Shown: one piece after another, positions 27,054-35,570 of the stretch
Layout: each line of letters opens with the position of its first letter
Numbering within the stretch: the first letter of the stretch is position 1
DNA from: a virus
Taxonomy: Duplodnaviria; Caudoviricetes
Virus record (IMG/VR): IMGVR_UViG_3300016722_000134
Span: 1 to 42,843 of that record
Reading direction: 5' to 3' (one strand)
Length of the DNA stretch: 42,843 nucleotides
Notes under the pieces: generated by a model
The model's database searches: none
What the model saw: the letters and a program-made list of their open reading frames with translations, nothing else
Told to the model about the DNA's origin: nothing
Position numbers and translations under genes: made by a program

Positions 27054-27234
27054 AATTGGCCTCCTGCTTTCCAGCCCAATATAGTGATTGTGCGCAATGA
27101 TCTGCAGAGTTTTGGACTTCCTGCTCCATTACAAAATAGGCGTTCAGTTCGGCTACACTGTTTCCCTCGGCATCGGCGGCGGCTTCCAGCGCTGAAAGCA
27201 GTGGATTTAGAGCCGCTATTACTATCTGATTCAT
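27040..27234 (-). CDS. Hypothetical phage protein
   Basis: RBS GGAG; fills the operon. Confidence 0.5.
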   Translation of the reverse strand: MNQIVIAALNPLLSALEAAADAEGNSVAELNAYFVMEQEVQNSADHCAQSLYWAGKQEANYEKD

Positions 27235-27249
27235 AAGCTTTAATTTCTC

Positions 27250-27921
27250 CTATTCAAGCCAGATTCTATCCGGTAAATTGCAAAGAAGCGCGTCAAAGTG
27301 TTTGCTTGCCGGATACCATTCATAGAAATTCTCCTTATTTGCTGCATCGTAAGCAGTGTCAATGTCCTTGATGATTTTTAGCAAAGATGTATTTTCATCC
27401 TTGAGAATGTCGAAAGTTGCTCTAAGGTAGTCATACGACTGCTGAATATCCAGAAAAGCTATGACGATTCCGAGGCATTGGCCAATAATTGAGAGCATTT
27501 CGGTCTTAGTGCGGCGCATGAGTTTTTTTCCACTTTCCGTGCAGGCAAGATCTTGCTCATACGATGTCATTGAAAAATAATCTTCTTGCTCCATATCAAA
27601 TCCGAGCGTTTTATACCGGTTTCCAATTAGTGCAACGGTGCAGTCATCGAAATATTCCCGTACATCCGAATCCCGAAACGCATTGTCCAATTCTTCCACT
27701 TTGCCTTGCAGGTCGGAAAACGCCATACGAAATTCCCATTCGGCTTCATCGTCACCATCAAGAGCGTTTAGCAAAGTTTCGCTGTCATTCTCCGCGAACC
27801 ACTGAACATCGGAACAAGCGCTGCCAATTTCGTACAGTTCATCGCTCATGAACTCATAGCCGAGTGTCGCCAGCGCCGGGCGTTTATAGCGCAAATTGCG
27901 CGTGTGGTCTGCTTTAGTCAT
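27250..27921 (-). CDS. Hypothetical acidic phage protein
   Basis: Start set at MTKADH after RBS GGAGG; the longer ORF overlaps rusA. Confidence 0.7.
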   Translation of the reverse strand: MTKADHTRNLRYKRPALATLGYEFMSDELYEIGSACSDVQWFAENDSETLLNALDGDDEAEWEFRMAFSDLQGKVEELDNAFRDSDVREYFDDCTVALIGNRYKTLGFDMEQEDYFSMTSYEQDLACTESGKKLMRRTKTEMLSIIGQCLGIVIAFLDIQQSYDYLRATFDILKDENTSLLKIIKDIDTAYDAANKENFYEWYPASKHFDALLCNLPDRIWLE

Positions 27922-27928
27922 GGCTTTT

Positions 27929-28357
27929 TTATACCTCCCAAATTTTAACGACCGTGCGGCCGTCTTCGGCATACTCCTTGCCGATTTGCGCCAGGACAAT
28001 CTGCGCGTCATCTTTATAGGCGAAACCGTTAAGCGCATCACAGATGATTTTTCCAATGTTATCCCAATCCGGTTTTTTCGCAGGTTTAATCTGCCCGGCC
28101 AGCATGGCCGCTTTAACCTTTTTGCTCTTACTGGCCGGCACTGGAAAATAAGAAGCAATCTGAATGCAAAGTTGAGAATCTGAGGAGAACTTAAAACCTT
28201 TAGCCGCAGCCAGGTACCGCCCCCGTGTCAATTCCTCATAAGAAACAGTTTTATCCGGCGTGTATGATACACTTTCCCCGGTATATTTATTGCGTACTGT
28301 CTGTGCGCGAGCCTTTCCAACCGGCGGGCCGGGAATTGTAAAGCATATAGAATTCAT
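27929..28357 (-). CDS. rusA: RusA-family Holliday junction resolvase
   Basis: KPDWDNIGKIICDALNG.AYKDDAQIV. Confidence 0.92.
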   Translation of the reverse strand: MNSICFTIPGPPVGKARAQTVRNKYTGESVSYTPDKTVSYEELTRGRYLAAAKGFKFSSDSQLCIQIASYFPVPASKSKKVKAAMLAGQIKPAKKPDWDNIGKIICDALNGFAYKDDAQIVLAQIGKEYAEDGRTVVKIWEV

Positions 28358-29325
28358 TAACCTGCCTCCTCTTCGTTGTTGTTCCAATATCCGTGCGAAT
28401 GCATCACTGCAAATTTACGCTGCGCTTGCTTTTTTCGCATGACCACGCATCGATCACAAATATGTTTCTCAGAACGGCTGATGATCGTTACTCCACAGCG
28501 GCGGCAATACTGCTCTTTAATTCTTTGGAAAGATGTACACCTATCGCAGTCCTGTTCATTAGCAGTGCAGCCTTTCAAGTCATTCCAATGCATACACATA
28601 TCCTTTTGCCAGTATCCGTCAAAATTCAAGGCATTTTTTCGAGCATTCAAAATCATAATCAGCTGGCGAATTTCCAATCGGTGCTTCATGTCAATTTTTC
28701 TTTGATTCTTTTCTTTATCGGATATATGCTTTCCGGTACCCCAAACATCCAGTCTGGACAGTCGGTGTTCAACGCCTGCATGAGATCGGTTAAGAATATC
28801 CGAAATTTGCTGAATAGTTTTGCCCTGTCGGTAAAGGTCAATTGCCCTTTTATCTTCCGTCAAAGTCCATTTTTTACCGCATGAGCCTTTTTGCGCAGCA
28901 AGAGCGATATCATCCTTGCGCTTTTTCTTCAACCAGTCAGGTTCTTTGCCGAGAGCATACAGATCAACCCTGCGGCTATCCCACTTGTCTGGATGCTCTT
29001 TAAGCCATTCCAAAAGTGTAGAAATATTGATGTAAGTAAATGATTTTCCACCCCATGGATTTATCTTTTTGAATTTAAGCCCTTGCTTTGGTATCCAGTA
29101 ATCCGTAACGCAATGACAATCCACCCCTAACAGGTCAGATACTTGCCGAGCCGGAAGATATTCGCTGCTGTCTTTAAAGGCTCCCAATTTCAACCGTTTC
29201 GATTTAACCTTTATTCCATTTTCACTGCGTTTCATGATTTTCGCTATTTGAGGAACTGTTTTTATTCCCCACAATCCCCGGAGTTGTTCAACTTCCGCAG
29301 GAGTCCAATTCGGATTTTTAGCCAT
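28357..29325 (-). CDS. Multi-HTH (Myb/GcrA-like WT..E repeats) protein with C-terminal Cys cluster
   Basis: WTPAEVEQL and WTLTEDKR repeats; several CxxC pairs. Confidence 0.65.
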   Translation of the reverse strand: MAKNPNWTPAEVEQLRGLWGIKTVPQIAKIMKRSENGIKVKSKRLKLGAFKDSSEYLPARQVSDLLGVDCHCVTDYWIPKQGLKFKKINPWGGKSFTYINISTLLEWLKEHPDKWDSRRVDLYALGKEPDWLKKKRKDDIALAAQKGSCGKKWTLTEDKRAIDLYRQGKTIQQISDILNRSHAGVEHRLSRLDVWGTGKHISDKEKNQRKIDMKHRLEIRQLIMILNARKNALNFDGYWQKDMCMHWNDLKGCTANEQDCDRCTSFQRIKEQYCRRCGVTIISRSEKHICDRCVVMRKKQAQRKFAVMHSHGYWNNNEEEAG

Positions 29326-29329
29326 AATT

Positions 29330-30121
29330 TCAAATTTTACGCCTCCTATAATCCTCCGCGGTCAGCGCCACAGCCTGATAATGGTCGGAGCATAACCGGC
29401 TGTATGCACGGTCGCCGCAGGTCTTGCGCAGCTCGTCATCAGTAAGCATCAGGTTGCTGGTGATGATCGTCGGCTTATTTGCCCGGTACCGTTCGTCAAG
29501 AATAATCATCAGCTCTTTGCGGGTCCATTCGCTGGACTTCTCTGCACCAAGGTCATCCATCAGCAACACCTGCGCCAACAGAGCCTTGTCCAAAATTCTG
29601 CTTTGGTCAACCTCGTCTGCGCCCCCGGGCATCAGCATTTCAAGTTGTCGCGGCACATTCCAATACGCCGCCCGGTACCCGTCTTCAAGTGAACAGTTCA
29701 GGATTGCGCAACCAAGGTGCGTCTTGCCGCATCCAACGGCACCCATCAGAATGAGCCCACGGCCGGCGCGAAAATTATTATCACGGTTCAGCAGGTAGTC
29801 CTTCACAACCATAAATGCACCCTCTGTCCCCTGCAGGCGTTTGTACCCCTTCAGCGTTGCCTCGGTAAACAGTTCCGGAATTTCCGCCCATGCATACCGC
29901 TTTTTACGGTTTTCTTCCGCTTTGGCTGCTGCCTTTGCTGCATCTTCGGCCAAAATCTCCGCATTGCGGCAGGCACATGGTTTCTTGAACATAGTCGCGT
30001 TACCGCCAAGGTTAATCTTCACCGCTAAAATATGCTCCCCACACTTCGGGCAAATTTCACCAGTATCGAACACGTTTTTACGCTGAAGCATTTTTTGGTC
30101 AATCACATTCTCACTTCCCAA
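29330..30121 (-). CDS. DnaC/IstB-like helicase loader ATPase
   Basis: GAVGCGKTHL, LLMDDLGAE, PTIITSNL. Confidence 0.9.
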   Translation of the reverse strand: MGSENVIDQKMLQRKNVFDTGEICPKCGEHILAVKINLGGNATMFKKPCACRNAEILAEDAAKAAAKAEENRKKRYAWAEIPELFTEATLKGYKRLQGTEGAFMVVKDYLLNRDNNFRAGRGLILMGAVGCGKTHLGCAILNCSLEDGYRAAYWNVPRQLEMLMPGGADEVDQSRILDKALLAQVLLMDDLGAEKSSEWTRKELMIILDERYRANKPTIITSNLMLTDDELRKTCGDRAYSRLCSDHYQAVALTAEDYRRRKI

Positions 30122-30962
30122 AATTTTTATATCGCTCAGGATCCATCAGATCGGGGCCGGATGATTGTCCCGGCGGGCTCTTTCCGTCCCGTTCCCATCC
30201 CTCAAGTACCCGTTTCACGTATGCCGCTGAATGGCCTTTGCACTTCTTGGCCTCGTCAATAGCCGCCAGTACTCGGGACACTGAGTATTTTTTTATTAAA
30301 ACCTGCAGGCTTTCACTGTCATGTGAAGAAACAACGTCTTTAACGCCGTTCTGAAAAGCTTCTCCGACAATAGCCAAATCCCGCATTTCCTCGTCGGTAG
30401 CGCCTTCTCCTGTAGGAGGTAGGGGGTTAGTATTATTACTAAGCTTAGTAATAGGTATGTTACTTTTAGGTATAGGTACTGTAGTACCGTTACTTAACGT
30501 TTCTGTAACGTTACAAATACCGTTAAAAGGTGTTACATTATCATCAGGTCTTTGATTTCCTTCAACAGCCTGTTTTTCCTTTTTACGATTCCGAAAGTTT
30601 TGAACACGATTTCGGGTTTTCTCTTTTTGTTTTTCCATATAGTCAATAAGGAGAGTCGCCCGTTGTTCCCAGTTGCGAATTACTACTTTACCTTCAGAAG
30701 TTTGTTCCAAAAAGTGTATGGAAAACAGAGCATCGTAAAATTGCTGCGCACATTTTTGACCGCCTTTATCCCATCCTGCGGCTTTTGTAATGGCTCTCGG
30801 GGGAAAGTTGGTGACGTCACCATCAGGCGCAGCGGTTACGGCCCATGTCCAAAAGCAGACCATAAGTCCGACTGCGTGGGCATTTGAAATTCCCAATGTA
30901 TCAGCTAAATTGTATATTTTGTCATGTTCTCGAATCCCGTCATCAACTTGAATCCATGCCAT
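30111..30962 (-). CDS. Phage replication initiator (C-terminal DnaD-like)
   Basis: MAWI...NW...Q N-terminal domain, YVKRVLEGW C-terminus, upstream of the loader. Confidence 0.8.
   Translation of the reverse strand: MAWIQVDDGIREHDKIYNLADTLGISNAHAVGLMVCFWTWAVTAAPDGDVTNFPPRAITKAAGWDKGGQKCAQQFYDALFSIHFLEQTSEGKVVIRNWEQRATLLIDYMEKQKEKTRNRVQNFRNRKKEKQAVEGNQRPDDNVTPFNGICNVTETLSNGTTVPIPKSNIPITKLSNNTNPLPPTGEGATDEEMRDLAIVGEAFQNGVKDVVSSHDSESLQVLIKKYSVSRVLAAIDEAKKCKGHSAAYVKRVLEGWERDGKSPPGQSSGPDLMDPERYKNFGK
30450..30540. repeat. Iteron-like repeats, putative phage origin within the initiator gene
   Basis: Clustered GTTAC/GTAAC and TAGGTA repeats, palindrome tgtaacgttaca. Confidence 0.55.
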
Positions 30963-30978
30963 ACTCTACACCGTCCTA

Positions 30979-31284
30979 CTAAAAATTAAACCACATAGTC
31001 CCATTGCCGCCCTGAACAGTAAACCGCGTTTTATCTTTAATGGGAACAGACCTTTTGAGCAGAAAATTAATTGATATTTTGCACTGCTTATCTTGAACAT
31101 GTGTTACTTTCAACGTTCCTGATTTATTGTTTTTATGTATGATGATTAACTTTTTCATTTCATCAACCTCAACATCGGCAAAATCAGGATTACACAGAAG
31201 TTCTTGAGCAACAATATTTATCCATAAATTGTGACCATTGGTTCTTACAAACGAGGATTTTTTATTATTAATTACTAACATCAT
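30979..31284 (-). CDS. Hypothetical AT-rich basic protein
   Basis: 101-aa ORF in operon context. Confidence 0.6.
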   Translation of the reverse strand: MMLVINNKKSSFVRTNGHNLWINIVAQELLCNPDFADVEVDEMKKLIIIHKNNKSGTLKVTHVQDKQCKISINFLLKRSVPIKDKTRFTVQGGNGTMWFNF

Positions 31285-31296
31285 CTCACCGCCCTT

Positions 31297-32007
31297 TTAA
31301 AATACTGTAACCGGAATACCAGTTAAACGCTGAATTGCTATTTTAAACTCCGCCGGATTGCTATTGTTTCCGGATAAATGAATTAGATAGATGTGTCCGT
31401 CTTTGCTTATGCTGTTAGACCTGAAAAACTCTTTAACATTTTCCAGACTAAAATGTGAGCGCAGCAGCCTTGGCTTCATAGATTCCGGTACCCGGCCTTC
31501 TGCTATGCTTTCATTCAGAATTGGCAGGCTGTAATTGCATTCCACCATAATAATATCTAACTTTTGAAATTTGTTTTCAATGTAATAGGTGTCCGTCGCA
31601 AAAAGCAGTTTTTTCTTGGTTGCATTGGAATAAATCAGGTACCCACAAGGTTCATTACAATCATGTTTTGTTTCAAACGGAATGACAATCCAACTGGCTA
31701 AATTGAACTGCTCACCAACGCGGACAACGTGCTTGCGATATGGACGGTCTATACCTTCTATCCCCTCAAACGTGCCGGCGGTCGCATATAGGTCAATGCC
31801 TTTGGCCGCAAGATCTGCAGCACCTTTGGCGTGATCCCCGTGCTCATGGGTAATCAAGCAACCGGCAATACGAGGAATCATATCTAAATATCCAGTCATT
31901 ATCTTTTTAGCGGGAATGCCCGCCTCCAGGAGCAGCACACTCTCGCCGTCATCAATGGCGTAAGAGTTGCCGGCACTTCCGGAGGCAAGGCACTTTACAT
32001 CAATCAT
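31297..32007 (-). CDS. MBL-fold nuclease (YycJ-like)
   Basis: SGSAGN, THEHGDH, HD, ATDT, HLS motifs. Confidence 0.9.
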   Translation of the reverse strand: MIDVKCLASGSAGNSYAIDDGESVLLLEAGIPAKKIMTGYLDMIPRIAGCLITHEHGDHAKGAADLAAKGIDLYATAGTFEGIEGIDRPYRKHVVRVGEQFNLASWIVIPFETKHDCNEPCGYLIYSNATKKKLLFATDTYYIENKFQKLDIIMVECNYSLPILNESIAEGRVPESMKPRLLRSHFSLENVKEFFRSNSISKDGHIYLIHLSGNNSNPAEFKIAIQRLTGIPVTVF

Positions 32008-32010
32008 ACT

Positions 32011-32901
32011 TTAAAATGCGGGGTTATAGCCGCTTGTGGGCTTCTTTGTGGGCTTCGGTGTAGTTTGACGCGGTCTCTCTTCTGACGGCTCCTGCGGCAC
32101 GTCAGGGGCAGGATTGTTATCTGATTCAGGTTCTTCCGCACCTGGTTCTATTACTTCGCCGGTTTCGGGGTCTACATCAGTGTAACTTATATCAATAGGT
32201 TTCTGATTAGCACGTTCCTTTGCTTCCTGCTGGGGTGTCGTGCCGTGGTCGTCAGTTGTCAGCGCTGTCTGCATTTCCTGTGACATGGGGCCATATGTAC
32301 CAATCAACCGACGTAAAACTGTTTTCTGTGCCATTTTATCGAACTCCGTTTTCCACGGAGAATAACTGCTGTTGTAACTTGGACTGTATTTTTCAGCCCA
32401 GGCCTGTACTTCCTCTTTTGTCATGTATAGAATTTTTTCAAAGTCTGTCAACAATTTGAAATAAGCAAAATAGCCAACCACCTTGTCACTTGTGCGCTCT
32501 CCGGAAAGGTCAATCATACCGCTTAGTTTATCGGACTCGGCAAGTTCTCCTTCATAAACAGTATCAGTATTAATAAATTTATACTGACCGGTGCGCTGGG
32601 CCAGTTGGATAAGACCCTTATACCCGATGGTGAATGTTGGTACATTCTTATACGGCACCACATAGGCAAAGCCAAGCGATTTGACAAGTGGAAGCTTTAG
32701 GGCTGCTGCCTTAACGCACTCAAGTGCAACCTTTTCGGGGTCGCACTTCTGCAGGGTGCTGTCGCCGGAATACAGATCGATCATGCTGGACATGAAGGCG
32801 CCAGCATTTTCCTTTAGGCTGTTCTTCAGCTGAGCGCGTATGGTTTGGGAATTTAGAATTCCTTTGAATTGGTCTACTTTTGCAAGTGAATTTTCACTCA
32901 T
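32011..32901 (-). CDS. recT: RecT-family single-strand annealing protein
   Basis: LGFAYVVPY, IGYKGLIQLAQRTGQY, MAQKTVLR. Confidence 0.92.
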   Translation of the reverse strand: MSENSLAKVDQFKGILNSQTIRAQLKNSLKENAGAFMSSMIDLYSGDSTLQKCDPEKVALECVKAAALKLPLVKSLGFAYVVPYKNVPTFTIGYKGLIQLAQRTGQYKFINTDTVYEGELAESDKLSGMIDLSGERTSDKVVGYFAYFKLLTDFEKILYMTKEEVQAWAEKYSPSYNSSYSPWKTEFDKMAQKTVLRRLIGTYGPMSQEMQTALTTDDHGTTPQQEAKERANQKPIDISYTDVDPETGEVIEPGAEEPESDNNPAPDVPQEPSEERPRQTTPKPTKKPTSGYNPAF

Positions 32902-32917
32902 AATATTTCTCCTCCTA

Positions 32918-33430
32918 CTAATCGCAATAACTGCGGTTACAATGTGGGCAGCCTGTTACCAGTTCTTTGCCCGCTTTTTCTACATCAATGCCGGTTGTGT
33001 AATTCAGTTCAGTGGAATCAATCGAAACACGAGTTTTCATTCCATTCTCAATTTTCCAGCCGATTTGTTCATAGATGTTTTTGTGACACCTATAGCAAAC
33101 GCCACTACCAGGTGCAAAATGTGGGTAATTTTTTAGATTACAATATTGTGCCTGTGCAGCTACCGCTTTTGATACATCAAACTCTTTTATAGGCTTGGTG
33201 GGCTTGCTTTCTGGAACCTTGCCAATGATGGTTTTCGCCCGATCCCTGAAGGTAGCAATCTCTTCTTCCGGTACATTGATGGCGGTAACCATACCTTGTA
33301 CTATGCCCGCCTTGCCCTCAATTTCGACCAAATCGCCAACGGCAACATCCTCGGGTGTGAAATAGGTGTAATCTCGGCCGGAAGCCTCTCCGTACCGCAT
33401 AAACTTTAATTTAATAATGTTAGTTTTCAT
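32918..33430 (-). CDS. Hypothetical protein with C-terminal Zn-binding motif
   Basis: PHFAP..G.CYRC...TGCPHCNRSYCD. Confidence 0.7.
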   Translation of the reverse strand: MKTNIIKLKFMRYGEASGRDYTYFTPEDVAVGDLVEIEGKAGIVQGMVTAINVPEEEIATFRDRAKTIIGKVPESKPTKPIKEFDVSKAVAAQAQYCNLKNYPHFAPGSGVCYRCHKNIYEQIGWKIENGMKTRVSIDSTELNYTTGIDVEKAGKELVTGCPHCNRSYCD

Positions 33431-35217
33431 GATGCTGAATCCTCCTCGTATATTTCTTGCACGTCAAATGGCAGGTCTCCCGAATCATCGGGGAAATCGT
33501 TAGATTCGTCGTAATCCTCTTCAGGATTGTTTTTTCGATAGGCTTGCAGTACGGCTATGCGCTGGCAGTTTTCCATATTTACGGCCGTCCAGACATCGCC
33601 CGCAAAATTGATATCGTCTTTCGACTCGGTGTCAAACAAGCACCCCGATCTTCCATCATCAGCCGTACCATAGAATGGGCAATCCTGATGATCACACGGG
33701 ATGAGAAGGGGACTTTCCTCGGAAAACTCGTTAATCACCGGAGCATCATCTCCGTTGGAACCGTCTTCCGGATTCGAAGCCTGATCCTCCTCATCAATCT
33801 GCACGTCTTCCACCAGTCCGGTATTTCCATCCACTGTGGTAGTGACTGGTGACGGTGGAATTACACGACCAGGCTGAATTTCATCAAAATTTATTTGATG
33901 TTCGCGGTCATATGGAATCATCGGATTGCCATCGGCTCCCAGAACAATCTGGATATCCTCATACAAGGTCTTTTTATCCTTGTAGTTAATAGGCTCGAAT
34001 TTATACCCGGTTTCATGGGTAACGGCCAGCATATCGCCCTGTAGTTCAAAACTGATTTTCGCGGTAAAGTCGAATTTGCGTTGGTGAGATTCAAGCATCA
34101 CACGCAATGCTGAATTGATTTTTGCATCACATGCATTGATGATTTCATCGAAAACGCTATCACGAAGACTAACCGGCTGACCGCTTGGAATGTCTGCATC
34201 CGGCATTTCCTCATCCTCATCAGCACCGGAAGCGTTCTGCCAGTCGCAGGAAACAGGAGGGTTGTTAGCCTGATCGTTATCAGGATCATCAGAATTGTTA
34301 TTGGGATCAGGCTCATCGTTCTCAGAATCCGGAATATCGTCCTGCTCCGGCTGCGCGGCGGGCTCATTATCTTCGGGCTCACCGGCAGCTTCGGCAGGTG
34401 TATCGTCGGAGGACAAATCCGATTCAAGAGGCGTTTCGGCCTCGCTTGTTGGTTCATAAACTTCATAGTCATGTCTTGCAGCGTAATCATCAAGCATTTT
34501 CTGTGCAATCTCCGGGGTGTCACATTTGGGGAGCGCACCAAGAAAAATTTCATCCGAAGGATCCTCCAAAAAATAAAAGAATGTACGGAATTTTTCTTCG
34601 GATGGTCCAATATGTAAAACTCTGCCGACGTGCCGGTACATAGTACCGACAAAAGCGGTCGTTTCAGTCTGTAAACTCATAGCTTTAGCCTCCTCTTTGG
34701 CATCTCTAATTTTGTGGTAAAGGTTGATTTGTTCGGCCCAACCTGAAATATCTTTGCGGTAGAACATTTCTCGGTAATTGTCTTCGCCCTGCACTGGGGC
34801 AAAGAAACGGTCAATAAGTTCACGCTTTGCTTTTTCCCCTTTGTTGTTTTTAGGGAAATCAAAAGAAAAAGGATATTTTCCGCTGCCGCCTTCCATGCCT
34901 CGAGTCGGAGTGTTTTTCGGCGGTTCCACAGCCAGAGAATTGTAAAAGTCGCTCATATCCCGAATGAAATCAAAATCAAGCGAGCTGACATGCAGCGTTG
35001 ATGCTTTGGAAGACACGCAGCTGGCTGTTGTACCATAAACCGGCGTTTCGCGGGTACCGCGGCATTCAAGGAAATCCACATTTACATCTTTCATAAAGGG
35101 ACACCCAAAACAAAAGTGATCTACAGTGTAATCAGCGCGCGGAACTCTCATTCCAGTTGTGACCGAATCGCCTTTGCCTTCAAAGGTTTTTCCGCATTTG
35201 CAGGTGTAGGTGGTCAT
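33427..35217 (-). CDS. Large acidic multidomain hypothetical protein
   Basis: 596 aa; Cys-rich ends and D/E/P-rich linkers. Confidence 0.75.
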   Translation of the reverse strand: MTTYTCKCGKTFEGKGDSVTTGMRVPRADYTVDHFCFGCPFMKDVNVDFLECRGTRETPVYGTTASCVSSKASTLHVSSLDFDFIRDMSDFYNSLAVEPPKNTPTRGMEGGSGKYPFSFDFPKNNKGEKAKRELIDRFFAPVQGEDNYREMFYRKDISGWAEQINLYHKIRDAKEEAKAMSLQTETTAFVGTMYRHVGRVLHIGPSEEKFRTFFYFLEDPSDEIFLGALPKCDTPEIAQKMLDDYAARHDYEVYEPTSEAETPLESDLSSDDTPAEAAGEPEDNEPAAQPEQDDIPDSENDEPDPNNNSDDPDNDQANNPPVSCDWQNASGADEDEEMPDADIPSGQPVSLRDSVFDEIINACDAKINSALRVMLESHQRKFDFTAKISFELQGDMLAVTHETGYKFEPINYKDKKTLYEDIQIVLGADGNPMIPYDREHQINFDEIQPGRVIPPSPVTTTVDGNTGLVEDVQIDEEDQASNPEDGSNGDDAPVINEFSEESPLLIPCDHQDCPFYGTADDGRSGCLFDTESKDDINFAGDVWTAVNMENCQRIAVLQAYRKNNPEEDYDESNDFPDDSGDLPFDVQEIYEEDSAS

Positions 35218-35570
35218 TGAGTACCACCTTCCTCCTGCTCCATCCGGAGCGTTTCAGCGACTGTAGCTATAAACTCTGCATTTGTTGGCTTTCCTCGTTC
35301 AGCACTCACAGTATTACCAAAATAATGGTGAAGAATATCCGTGTTTCCACGTTCCCATGCAGTTTCAATGGCATGGCGGGTTGCGCGCTCCACACGGGCT
35401 GGCGTTGTATCAAAACAGTTGGCAACGGTGGGATAAATTCCTTTGGTCATGGCGTTAATAGCTGATTTTTTATCAAGGCACAGTTCCAATTCCATTTTGA
35501 TATATTCATAGCCTTCCAGATGGGCTGGAACACCCAGCTCTCGCAGGGCCTGTATGATTTGTTTATTCAT
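35214..35570 (-). CDS. Stand-alone Spo0A C-terminal DNA-binding domain protein
   Basis: LGVPAHLEGYEY, TK.IYP.VA...TT..RVERA.RHAIE.AW.RG, KPTN.EFIA; no receiver domain. Confidence 0.93.
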   Translation of the reverse strand: MNKQIIQALRELGVPAHLEGYEYIKMELELCLDKKSAINAMTKGIYPTVANCFDTTPARVERATRHAIETAWERGNTDILHHYFGNTVSAERGKPTNAEFIATVAETLRMEQEEGGTQ

